From a virus, in IMG/VR virus record IMGVR_UViG_3300018910_000004, positions 1 through 40,999 of that record: 40,999 bases of DNA; one strand, written 5' to 3'. Numbering within the stretch: position 1 is the stretch's first letter; each line of letters begins with the position of its first letter. Positions 24,759 through 33,035 of this stretch are shown in pieces. The notes below the pieces were generated by a model that had not been told where the DNA came from, did not search any database, and worked only from the letters and a program-made list of their open reading frames with translations. The translations under genes were made by a program, and so were the position numbers.

Positions 24759-25074
24759 AGAATACTTGACCCAACAAGAGTTTGAAAAAGATGGCTGGTA
24801 TGCCATTCGTTCAGCAGGATCGCATGGAGTCGCTGATGTGATAGCTATACGTCCCTCTGATTGTGGCATACCTTCTCATTTTGAAGTAAAGTTCATTCAG
24901 ATAAAAGTTTCTGAAAATTTACGGAAAACTTCGAAAACTATTTATATGGAAGATGAAAAGTTACCATTTCCTATAAATGTAGACTTATGGAAATTTCCGG
25001 TTAAATCTACCAAATGGCACAAAGCCACTAAAAAACAACATGCTAAACCTAAACAAAAAACAAGTGTTCGATGA
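24727..25074 (+). CDS. Hjc-type (archaeal-like) Holliday junction resolvase, PD-(D/E)XK fold
   Basis: SRSREYLTQQEFEKDGWYAIRSAGSHGVADVIAI ... FEVKFIQIK matches the E ... D ... E-x-K layout. I prefer the internal ATG 24727 to the track start 24667. Confidence 0.6.
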   Translation: MATNYSRSRSREYLTQQEFEKDGWYAIRSAGSHGVADVIAIRPSDCGIPSHFEVKFIQIKVSENLRKTSKTIYMEDEKLPFPINVDLWKFPVKSTKWHKATKKQHAKPKQKTSVR

Positions 25075-25594
25075 CGCACTCTATAATTCAGTCATGCAGC
25101 TTCACTATCCACTCTATCAATATATAGTTACTAATTATCGCAATGAAATATGGGATGGTAATTTAGCCTCAATAGCAGTGTTTGGTGATTACTCGCTTCC
25201 CCTAGCTATTGAACTCTCTCAATTTAGATACCCTGTAACATATATTGCAAAAGATTTACCCGAGCTTGAAGCTGCTAAGAAAAGTAATGAGAAGATGGGA
25301 GGACATTTAATCCATGATGCTTTTTGGTTTGATTACACTCAGAATATTCCTCGAGTACACATAGCACTTTTTGTAGATGTATTAGAAAACATGGTGTCAG
25401 ACAACAGGATATATACCTATATTGATCTTTTATTGCGAAGATGTGGGGAGATAGTGTGTAGTGTAAAATCGACGTTAAATTGGCGGTCTATTCTTGAACC
25501 TTTTTATGACATTAATATCATGCCGTATCCAAATAAGGAGAGATTAGTATTAAGAATTAGAGAGAAAGCTTCTCATCCGGAGAACTCCACATAG
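25040..25594 (+). CDS. Hypothetical protein (184 aa), weakly methyltransferase-like
   Basis: Track ORF. IAVFGDYSLPLAIELS is only a faint Rossmann-like hint. Alternative start at 25094. Confidence 0.5.
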   Translation: MLNLNKKQVFDDALYNSVMQLHYPLYQYIVTNYRNEIWDGNLASIAVFGDYSLPLAIELSQFRYPVTYIAKDLPELEAAKKSNEKMGGHLIHDAFWFDYTQNIPRVHIALFVDVLENMVSDNRIYTYIDLLLRRCGEIVCSVKSTLNWRSILEPFYDINIMPYPNKERLVLRIREKASHPENST

Positions 25595-25919
25595 GAATAA
25601 TAGGTTTTTCAGTCTCCAAATCTACAACCTTATATTTAGCAGTCGGTTTATCATTTCTTGCCTCACTTAATTCTTTAATCTTTTTAGCAACCTTACCTTG
25701 AGATAACCACGTTCCAATCTTTAACCATTCTTTAGGTAATGGACTACGAAAAAGAATAGCAAGACCCGTAAAAAAGAAATACCAAAAGGATATGGTGAGT
25801 ATGATAAGAGAATCTATAAAGGGAGGAAGTTTGGTTGTAACCACCGTATTAATTCTATCCCTAAATTGAACTTTAGGTTTAGGCGCTACATATGGTGTGT
25901 CTATCATTGGATGAGCCAT
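25557..25919 (-). CDS. Membrane protein (120 aa), last gene of the late arm
   Basis: TM segment LIILTISFWYFFFTGLAILF. Its 3' end overlaps 25040..25594 tail-to-tail. Confidence 0.55.
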   Translation of the reverse strand: MAHPMIDTPYVAPKPKVQFRDRINTVVTTKLPPFIDSLIILTISFWYFFFTGLAILFRSPLPKEWLKIGTWLSQGKVAKKIKELSEARNDKPTAKYKVVDLETEKPIIPMWSSPDEKLSL

Positions 25920-25920
25920 A

Positions 25921-26055
25921 TTATTTTTTCTTACTTCGAAGTTTAGTCATGCCGGGAATCTTTCCAGAATTTTCCATAGCATAATAAACCTGTTCTCCTT
26001 TTTTGTCACCGTATTGTTTTTTAAGTTTGGTCATGAGAGACCTTATGACTGGCAT
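25921..26055 (-). CDS. Basic 44-aa protein
   Basis: Hand-translated codon by codon: MPVIRSLMTKLKKQYGDKKGEQVYYAMENSGKIPGMTKLRSKKK. Tightly packed between its neighbours. Confidence 0.5.
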   Translation of the reverse strand: MPVIRSLMTKLKKQYGDKKGEQVYYAMENSGKIPGMTKLRSKKK

Positions 26056-26056
26056 A

Positions 26057-26353
26057 TTAGTAATTAGTTTTGGCGTTTAACTTTAAATTATCTCGAACAG
26101 GCATATTTTCCCATACAGCCTTGTATGATAATTGAGCCCATCCAAAGACTTGAATAATTGCACTGGAAATTCCATCTGCATAATCCATCATAGTAACATA
26201 TGTTTTAAAACCATCGGTTGTAATGTAGTTAAGACTAAGCCCTATAACACCACAAATCAGAACTGATACAAGAAACCGTAAGCTGCTATCTTTTATGAAT
26301 CTGTTAATAACGTCTATTATTGGTGGTAATAAAAATCCTATTAATGTAATCAT
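26057..26353 (-). CDS. Holin-like membrane protein (98 aa)
   Basis: At least two hydrophobic segments. Located in the lysis region. Confidence 0.4.
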   Translation of the reverse strand: MITLIGFLLPPIIDVINRFIKDSSLRFLVSVLICGVIGLSLNYITTDGFKTYVTMMDYADGISSAIIQVFGWAQLSYKAVWENMPVRDNLKLNAKTNY

Positions 26354-26359
26354 AATTAC

Positions 26360-26668
26360 TTAAGCAGGGTTATTAGGATTACCTTCAATCCCCAGCCCCA
26401 TCGTTTCTCGTTTGCGATCCCGTGCTCCTGCACAGCTTCGACAGAGAACTTGTAAATTATCCATACTATGTGTTTTGCCTTCGACAATGAGTCCTCGTTC
26501 TGTGTGGTGTCTGCCACCACCATCTATATGATCAATGACAAGATCTTCTGTTGAACCACAATTTTTACATTCAGCTCCTTTTTTAGCAAATACTTCTGCT
26601 CGAGTAGCGCCAAATCGTGCTTTCTCCATAGCTTCTCGCTGAGCTTTCTTTTGTTCTTCGTGATTCAT
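26360..26668 (-). CDS. HNH endonuclease (102 aa)
   Basis: CKNCGS...LVIDHIDGGG...NLQVLCRSCAG, i.e. Cys pairs around the H-N-H core. Confidence 0.8.
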   Translation of the reverse strand: MNHEEQKKAQREAMEKARFGATRAEVFAKKGAECKNCGSTEDLVIDHIDGGGRHHTERGLIVEGKTHSMDNLQVLCRSCAGARDRKRETMGLGIEGNPNNPA

Positions 26669-26790
26669 TTTTCTTTCTGAAAAACTTTTTCAACAATTTT
26701 TAAATCCTTTTGTATAACTTCTTCCGGAATTAATACTCTTTCTTTGCCTGATCTAACTACTAATTTTTTATCTAAATTTTCTTTTTTCAT
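26665..26790 (-). CDS. 41-aa hypothetical protein
   Basis: Hand-translated: MKKENLDKKLVVRSGKERVLIPEEVIQKDLKIVEKVFQKEK. ATGA overlap with the HNH start. Confidence 0.4.
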   Translation of the reverse strand: MKKENLDKKLVVRSGKERVLIPEEVIQKDLKIVEKVFQKEK

Positions 26791-26791
26791 A

Positions 26792-27253
26792 TTATTTAAG
26801 CTGCCAAATTACAAGGTTTTGGCTGAGAATATTTTTAAATCCTTGATATCCATTATCGCGGTCTAAGCGGTTTCCATATATATCGGTAGTTACAAAATTG
26901 CAATGAAGATGAGGTCCGCTAACATTTCCGGAAGCTCCTGTTAATCCAACAATAGCTCCTCGTAATAACTGTTGTCCAGGAGTTACATGGATTCTACTCA
27001 TATGACAATACCATACTGCACATTTTTGAATCGGATCCCAAATAACAACATAATATCCATATGCACCATCCCAACCAGTACGAATAACTATTCCTTTTGA
27101 GAAGGGACAAAGAAGTCTTATTCCAACCGGAGTTGCCCAATCTACGCCTTCATGACCTCGTAGTCCAAACTTAGAATAATACCATGGACGGGCACCATAT
27201 AGTTGTGAGATAGGAAAATTACCCTCAAATATATCTGATAATGTATACCTCAT
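26792..27253 (-). CDS. M23 (LytM/lysostaphin-type) peptidase, probable endolysin
   Basis: HEGVDW (HxxxD) and GPHLH (HxH) motifs. Confidence 0.8.
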   Translation of the reverse strand: MRYTLSDIFEGNFPISQLYGARPWYYSKFGLRGHEGVDWATPVGIRLLCPFSKGIVIRTGWDGAYGYYVVIWDPIQKCAVWYCHMSRIHVTPGQQLLRGAIVGLTGASGNVSGPHLHCNFVTTDIYGNRLDRDNGYQGFKNILSQNLVIWQLK

Positions 27254-27273
27254 ATGATTTTATCCTACGCCTT

Positions 27274-27786
27274 TTATTGTTTAATGTCAAGTTCTTTATC
27301 ATCAGGTACCAATTCTTCTGCAATAACAAAATCTTCTGTTATAAATTTAACAGTTTCTGTACGAAGTATATTTACTTTATAAGTAATTTCATATTCAAAA
27401 TGATAGATATCAGGTTTTGCTTGAATTGGAACAATAGTAGGTACCTCTAAGTCGTCGTTACACCCTTTTGAAGTCCGATCAATTTGTTCAGGAAGTTGTA
27501 TCTTAGTAGACTTGCCTACTAACCATCTTCTTACCACTCCGTTAGTATTCGTATTTTTACAATAGTCAAATTTCATTACTACAATACCATTTGGTTTGAT
27601 AGGATCACGATCAATGGGAACCGGTAACTTCCTAATAACTAATGGTTGAGTAGGTATATTAGCCAATAAGAAACCGCCAATCATAAAAGAAATGACTAAA
27701 ATAATAATAGTCATGGAGACATAATAGAAAAATTTAGTCTTATTCACATCCTGCTCTAATTGCTGTTTAAATTTTTTATCTGCCAT
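27274..27786 (-). CDS. N-terminally membrane-anchored protein (170 aa) in the lysis cassette
   Basis: TM segment FFYYVSMTIIILVISFMIGGFLL followed by a beta-rich ectodomain. Confidence 0.55.
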   Translation of the reverse strand: MADKKFKQQLEQDVNKTKFFYYVSMTIIILVISFMIGGFLLANIPTQPLVIRKLPVPIDRDPIKPNGIVVMKFDYCKNTNTNGVVRRWLVGKSTKIQLPEQIDRTSKGCNDDLEVPTIVPIQAKPDIYHFEYEITYKVNILRTETVKFITEDFVIAEELVPDDKELDIKQ

Positions 27787-27790
27787 ATTG

Positions 27791-28030
27791 TTAATTGTTT
27801 AATAAAAGAGTCATTCCCGCACCGACTACAGCAAGAAGTATTGCCATAATAATTCCATATATAATTTTTTCTAACCTATCAACCTTATCTTTTGTTAAGG
27901 CAAGCTCATCTTTGGTAACGTAATTCTTTTCTAATAAAGATTTTACTTCACCAACATTGTGATCTATATTTTTTATTTGTTCAGCCATTACAGCTAATTC
28001 AATATCGGATGATCTTCTGTTTTCGTTCAT
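27791..28030 (-). CDS. XhlA-like protein: coiled coil plus a C-terminal TM segment (79 aa)
   Basis: The architecture and sequence flavour match the XhlA family, from memory. First gene after the tail protein. Confidence 0.5.
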   Translation of the reverse strand: MNENRRSSDIELAVMAEQIKNIDHNVGEVKSLLEKNYVTKDELALTKDKVDRLEKIIYGIIMAILLAVVGAGMTLLLNN

Positions 28031-28051
28031 ATGTTAACTATATATAATTTC

Positions 28052-28079
28052 ATATTAAAAAATCAATTTCATATTTCAA
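28052..28079 (-). promoter_or_regulatory. Candidate promoter for the lysis cassette
   Basis: Minus strand reads TTGAAA, 16 nt, TAATAT, then a 21-nt leader to ATG 28030. Confidence 0.3.
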
Positions 28080-31000
28080 TTATGCTTCAAGTAATGTTAT
28101 AGGAACGTTATTTTCAATTCCATCCGTCTGATTAACCACGAAGTCATCAGATTGGTAATTGTGAAATAATATAGTATATGTCAGTTCATCTATATCGGTA
28201 TAAGTATACAGTGTTTTAGTTTGTTTTAATGTAAGCAATAACTTATGCATAACTCGACCCGTCATTTTAACCGTTAATCCAGTACCTGCATGAGTCGTAA
28301 GACCCACAACTCCCGTTAACTGATTCCCTGATTTTCCCGTCCATGAGAACTCATTTTCTACTCCATTATCTACTATAACCGCTTTATGTTTAGTAGGAAA
28401 TCCGGAAGCATCTGATAATGTTAATGTAGTTTGTCCATTCGTAATTGCTGCTGTTGTAGTGGCTATAGGTTCGGTGCCATCTAACCACACTAGATTATCA
28501 GCACAAACCAACTTCATCTTCCATAAATATTTGAAATCCGGAACTAATACATATCTCATATCAGCAATCTTGAGAGTTGGAGTAACAGCGGGATTTGTAG
28601 TAGTGAGGGTAAATCTTAATGAAATCTTACGACTTACAAATGCTGAGGCAAAACTAAACTCAGAACTTAAAGATCCTACTACGTTTGCCGTTCCAATAGA
28701 TGTCCAAGAACTATCTGATTCATCCGTTTTATATTCACATAAAATACTGGTTCCTGCAGGTAGTGCTTCGTGATGCACCACTAAAGACCGCCATTTTTTA
28801 TCAATATTAGGTAGTGCTGCTTCAAAATAAGAAAGCTGCATAGTTCCGCTATCTTGATACGTTGTAAATGATGTTTGGTATACCTGCCCATTATCGTTCC
28901 CTCCCATTAAATTATTATTAAACACATCTAATGAATACCAGCTTCTTCCTGTTACATTAAAGGCATTGTGAAATCCGTTACGATCAAATAGATAAATACC
29001 TTCGTTTCCGGAAGCCGCAGATCCAAGAGAAGGGGCAAGTGCCAATACTAATTTGTCATCCCATTTATCCATAGCTGTAATCTGCACATCCCATGGAAAT
29101 TCAAGCAATTTATCAACGCTTGCGGTATTATAAACATATAATCTTTTTTTAAGAGTTCCTAAGAATAATAAATTATCAAATACTTCCATACACTTAATTA
29201 CCGTGTGCTCGAACTCACTTACTTTTGTCCAGTTAAATTCATCATAAGAATATAAAAATCCTCCATACTGATAATTATTATTATAAAGCTGTTCAGGAAA
29301 TCCACCGGCAACATATAACCTGCTATTATATTCTTTCATCGTAAATACATATCCGGGATTATTCGGACTTGTAATGGTTTTGGAAACAGTATAAGTAGAT
29401 AAATTATCAGTTACATATACTTTTGCTTTAGAACCAAGTCCTATATACAATTTAGTTGTAGTTGATCCATATTCTGCAAAAGATAATACCGCTGTTTCAT
29501 TAGTCGCATTAAATATTTTAAAAAGAGAAAAATTAGTACCGTCATATGCAATAATACGAGCATCGCCTGCAGTTGTACTTTCTAAAGATCCTACACCAAA
29601 TAACATTTTTGTAGTTCCTCCAACCGTTGTTACAATAGACGCATTTATTGACGTTGTATTTCCTAAAACAGAAAATAACATATCTTGTCCAGCTATAGCA
29701 CTCCAAGCTCCTGCTCCTACTTTACTGGCTGCATTTCCGCTTGAATAAGTAGGACTACTTGTATCAACTCTCCAAACAACAACTCCCGTTTCTGAAGCTG
29801 CATTTGTTGATTCCAATACGATCCAATACGTTGTTGAAGCACTAAGATTGAATGAAGATGGGAACTCAAAATTCACCCAATCGTTTGTTGTCGGAATAGA
29901 AGCATTCGGAACTATAATAGTAGCACTTGCGTTCGCTAATGTTCCACTTGGTACGCTTCCACTATTTGTTTGGATTGTAACTTTATAATCCCCCACAGCA
30001 GTATTACGACGCATCTTCAGACGGACTCCTCTAACTGTTGTTGCGTTTGCTGATAGCTGAAATGATTGTGCCTGTCTATTATCCGCAGTTGATCCCACGT
30101 TAGCGTCCGCATCATCGCCGCTAATATACCAGGCGAGATTACGAGCATTAAATACTTCTGTATATGTCGAAGCTCCATCCCATTGATAAATCCTACCATC
30201 AGATCCTCCTACAAAGTGTTGAAAACCTGAAGTGGATGGTGTATCACTTAGTGTAGAATCAACAGCCGAATCAATAGTTGGAGAGGTCGTTCCTGTAAAA
30301 GATGTTAAATAATCAATATGTATGCGTCCTACTCCTCCATTACCTCCGTTAGCTGAAGCCATAACGGCAGTTCCTCCAACCCCTCCCGAAGCAGTAATAA
30401 GTGAACTTCCTAAAGTTGCAGTTTGTGCTTTAATAAGAATACTACCTCCTGCTCCTCCTCCTGCAGCACCGGAATTAGCTGAGGCATACGTGTCACCATT
30501 CGCTCCATTACTTACCACACTTCCTGTAATGGAAATTGTCTTTCCTAATATATAAATAGCGCCTCCTCCATTACCTCCATAGCGAGTAGTAAGTGCTTCT
30601 TGCCAGTTGACTCCGGGCGCTCCTCCTCCTCCTCCAAAAACAAGACTTGTAAGTGCCGCATTTCCTGAAGTTGATCCTCCCGATCCTACTACAGCTCCAC
30701 TACCATTTCTTGCTCCTCCCGCAGAACCAGCCGTACCATTTCCTCCTCCTCCACCACCAGCTATCCTTCCATTACTACTTTGCTCATTTTCTCCTCCTCC
30801 TCCCCCACTCGTATTTGCTGCGGTCGTACGTGTAGTATTATATGAAACAGTATAGCCTTCTCCGGCATATCCTGCTCCACCAGTATTTTGACCTACCCAC
30901 GTACTTCCTCGATACCCTTTACCTGTCGCATTTATAGATCCTGTAACCGTTAGTGTTCCATTACACAAAAAGGCAAGAATACCACCAGTGCTGCCATTCC

Positions 31001-31697
31001 ATGCTTTCGCTGTCCAAGTAACCCCTGAATTAACCGTTACATTTGCATATTGTTTTAATACTAGCACCTGAGCGCCTGCGACATAATTATATGTTAAAGG
31101 ATCTTCTGTTGTAATTGTTCCTGCGACATATCCTAATATTTTTGTACGTTGCCAATTTCCAGCTCCGGCTCCTTGTGATTGATGTATTAAAATATATTGA
31201 CCTGAAGCAAATGAGGCATTTGTTGCAGCAAGAGAGGTAGATCCCTGACTTCCTGTACAGGCAGAATCTATAGGAGCATCTGTAGTATTAGCCGATATGG
31301 TTAAATTACCATCGCTTCCGTTTCCAAAGTATGATGTACCCAAAGACCTCCACGACTCTTGTGTATTTATTTTTATTCCTGAGGTTGCAAGTCCAGCGAG
31401 AGTAAATCTTTTCTGCAAAGTTAATTTTTCTTGTGAGGTTATATCTACACCCGAACTTCTATAAAACTTCCCGCCATCATTAAATTGTTCCTGATCAAAT
31501 CCATTAAGCCAGTTGTTTTGTACGAAATGGGGGAAAAAGGAAGCATCACGATAGTTGGGATCACCTGACGAAAACTTATTTACAAACGTAGGAGCTTCTT
31601 CTCGACCATAGATATGACGATCGACTCGTGGTTGACGAGCCAGCATAAACAAGTAACCATCTATTGTTATATGTCCTTTAGATTGTATTGCTCCCAT
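28080..31697 (-). CDS. 1205-aa multidomain tail/host-recognition protein
   Basis: Gly-rich segment (GGGGGENEQ...GGGGGGNGTAGSAGG...GGNGGGAIYILG...GGNGGVGRIHIDY) and C-terminal Kelch-like repeats (KLYIGLG, RLYVAGG, LLFLGT, KLVLALA). Confidence 0.7.
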   Translation of the reverse strand: MGAIQSKGHITIDGYLFMLARQPRVDRHIYGREEAPTFVNKFSSGDPNYRDASFFPHFVQNNWLNGFDQEQFNDGGKFYRSSGVDITSQEKLTLQKRFTLAGLATSGIKINTQESWRSLGTSYFGNGSDGNLTISANTTDAPIDSACTGSQGSTSLAATNASFASGQYILIHQSQGAGAGNWQRTKILGYVAGTITTEDPLTYNYVAGAQVLVLKQYANVTVNSGVTWTAKAWNGSTGGILAFLCNGTLTVTGSINATGKGYRGSTWVGQNTGGAGYAGEGYTVSYNTTRTTAANTSGGGGGENEQSSNGRIAGGGGGGNGTAGSAGGARNGSGAVVGSGGSTSGNAALTSLVFGGGGGAPGVNWQEALTTRYGGNGGGAIYILGKTISITGSVVSNGANGDTYASANSGAAGGGAGGSILIKAQTATLGSSLITASGGVGGTAVMASANGGNGGVGRIHIDYLTSFTGTTSPTIDSAVDSTLSDTPSTSGFQHFVGGSDGRIYQWDGASTYTEVFNARNLAWYISGDDADANVGSTADNRQAQSFQLSANATTVRGVRLKMRRNTAVGDYKVTIQTNSGSVPSGTLANASATIIVPNASIPTTNDWVNFEFPSSFNLSASTTYWIVLESTNAASETGVVVWRVDTSSPTYSSGNAASKVGAGAWSAIAGQDMLFSVLGNTTSINASIVTTVGGTTKMLFGVGSLESTTAGDARIIAYDGTNFSLFKIFNATNETAVLSFAEYGSTTTKLYIGLGSKAKVYVTDNLSTYTVSKTITSPNNPGYVFTMKEYNSRLYVAGGFPEQLYNNNYQYGGFLYSYDEFNWTKVSEFEHTVIKCMEVFDNLLFLGTLKKRLYVYNTASVDKLLEFPWDVQITAMDKWDDKLVLALAPSLGSAASGNEGIYLFDRNGFHNAFNVTGRSWYSLDVFNNNLMGGNDNGQVYQTSFTTYQDSGTMQLSYFEAALPNIDKKWRSLVVHHEALPAGTSILCEYKTDESDSSWTSIGTANVVGSLSSEFSFASAFVSRKISLRFTLTTTNPAVTPTLKIADMRYVLVPDFKYLWKMKLVCADNLVWLDGTEPIATTTAAITNGQTTLTLSDASGFPTKHKAVIVDNGVENEFSWTGKSGNQLTGVVGLTTHAGTGLTVKMTGRVMHKLLLTLKQTKTLYTYTDIDELTYTILFHNYQSDDFVVNQTDGIENNVPITLLEA

Positions 31698-31698
31698 A

Positions 31699-32163
31699 TC
31701 ATCGTCCTTTAATTAAATAATCAATATAAATTATGGTATGACCTGCTCCTGTATCATCTTTCCAATAAATATCAACAGAAGAGGTCGTTTTATTATTATA
31801 CGTAACCTGCACATCTGCATCAGGGTCTCCACTGCTTATTGATAATAATACTGTTGGTACTTCCTGAAAAGCTGTTCCATATGTTAATGTTAATCCGCCA
31901 CCTGACGACAATCCTCCTGTCCACTGTGCAGTTCCTCTTTCTTCACGTTCTCGTGTTTTAAATCCCCTGACCATTTCAGGTGTTGCTTCTGCACGCAAGG
32001 GAAGAGAATCCACACTTGTATGTGTATGCGTTTTAATAAGTCGGAGCTCAAGGAAAAGAGCAGGACTCATGTGTTTCATGCTTAATTGCCCTTTTCCTAT
32101 ATCCGTGCCTCGTGTATAACCTTTAGGCGCATACTCAAATTGCCCATGGATTTCACCTGCCAT
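31699..32163 (-). CDS. Virion/tail-associated protein (154 aa), possibly with a lectin-like C-domain
   Basis: Start moved to ATG 32163 (MAGEIHGQ...), giving TAATATG packing with the upstream stop. The C-terminal pattern FQEVPTVLLSISSGD...VQV resembles an H-type lectin, weakly. Confidence 0.55.
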   Translation of the reverse strand: MAGEIHGQFEYAPKGYTRGTDIGKGQLSMKHMSPALFLELRLIKTHTHTSVDSLPLRAEATPEMVRGFKTREREERGTAQWTGGLSSGGGLTLTYGTAFQEVPTVLLSISSGDPDADVQVTYNNKTTSSVDIYWKDDTGAGHTIIYIDYLIKGR

Positions 32164-32164
32164 A

Positions 32165-33019
32165 TTACTTTTTCTTACCTCCTGTAAGAGATCGAAGCAA
32201 ACTATTAACAACGTTAGCAGCTTGACTTCGCAAGTTACTAGCAGCAGTAGCTACACTTCCTCTAATATCTCCCTGTGGTCTCTGTCCTCCAAAACTCTGT
32301 AGTTGATTTCCTACATTTTTAACAGCAGGACTATTAATAGCATTTCCGACTGCTGAGATAGCACGTCCAGCACCACCAGCCAAATATTGACCAGTTGTAG
32401 CCTGAACAGGCTTTTGTACCACTACCGGTTTATTAGAAGGTGCGTCAGCATACACTTTGCCACCTAACGTTCCGATTAATGGTTTAACAACAGCTTGAGT
32501 TCGGATGTTAGATCCTCCCTGCACTTGTTGATTCTGTTGAGAAGGTTGAGCCGGTTGAGCAGTTGAAGCTCCCATGACGTCTCCCTGAGGAGCCGGCGGT
32601 CTATAAGCTGTTGCCACATTTGCTGGGGCAGCATTCATAGCTCTCACTTGAGGTGCTGCTCCCGGATTTGGTCTGCCCGGAGAAGCTGCTTGGTTTCCAG
32701 GGTTGCCTTGAAACAATGCTTGTGCATTAGCTCCTGGTCTAGCTACTGCTCCTGAAGGAAGCCCTATCCCAGCATTTAATGGATCAACATCCATTGGTGT
32801 TACTACACCACCCTCAAGTGCAGGAGTAGCACTAACGATCTTTTCAGATCCGGGTGAAACAGGTCTTTCCAAAGGTTGCTCAATTTGAGCCCGTTGAATA
32901 CTTCCTGTTTGACCTGCTCCTGTTAAAGCCGCTTCATTGATTCCCTGTTCCACTACTTCTCGTAGTTTCCCTCCGGGATTGCCTTTAGCGACTAATGATG
33001 TTCCTAATGTGATAGGCAT
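32165..33019 (-). CDS. Low-complexity A/G/P/Q-rich virion protein (284 aa) ending in KKK
   Basis: AAAGGGGGTGA RBS. The composition resembles the C-terminus of the GH19 protein. Confidence 0.6.
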   Translation of the reverse strand: MPITLGTSLVAKGNPGGKLREVVEQGINEAALTGAGQTGSIQRAQIEQPLERPVSPGSEKIVSATPALEGGVVTPMDVDPLNAGIGLPSGAVARPGANAQALFQGNPGNQAASPGRPNPGAAPQVRAMNAAPANVATAYRPPAPQGDVMGASTAQPAQPSQQNQQVQGGSNIRTQAVVKPLIGTLGGKVYADAPSNKPVVVQKPVQATTGQYLAGGAGRAISAVGNAINSPAVKNVGNQLQSFGGQRPQGDIRGSVATAASNLRSQAANVVNSLLRSLTGGKKK

Positions 33020-33035
33020 AATATTTCACCCCCTT

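Noticed and set aside
30322-30855. Proline-rich plus-strand ORFs (PPPPP runs)
   Set aside because: They are the reverse complement of the GGN-rich glycine segment of the 1205-aa tail protein.
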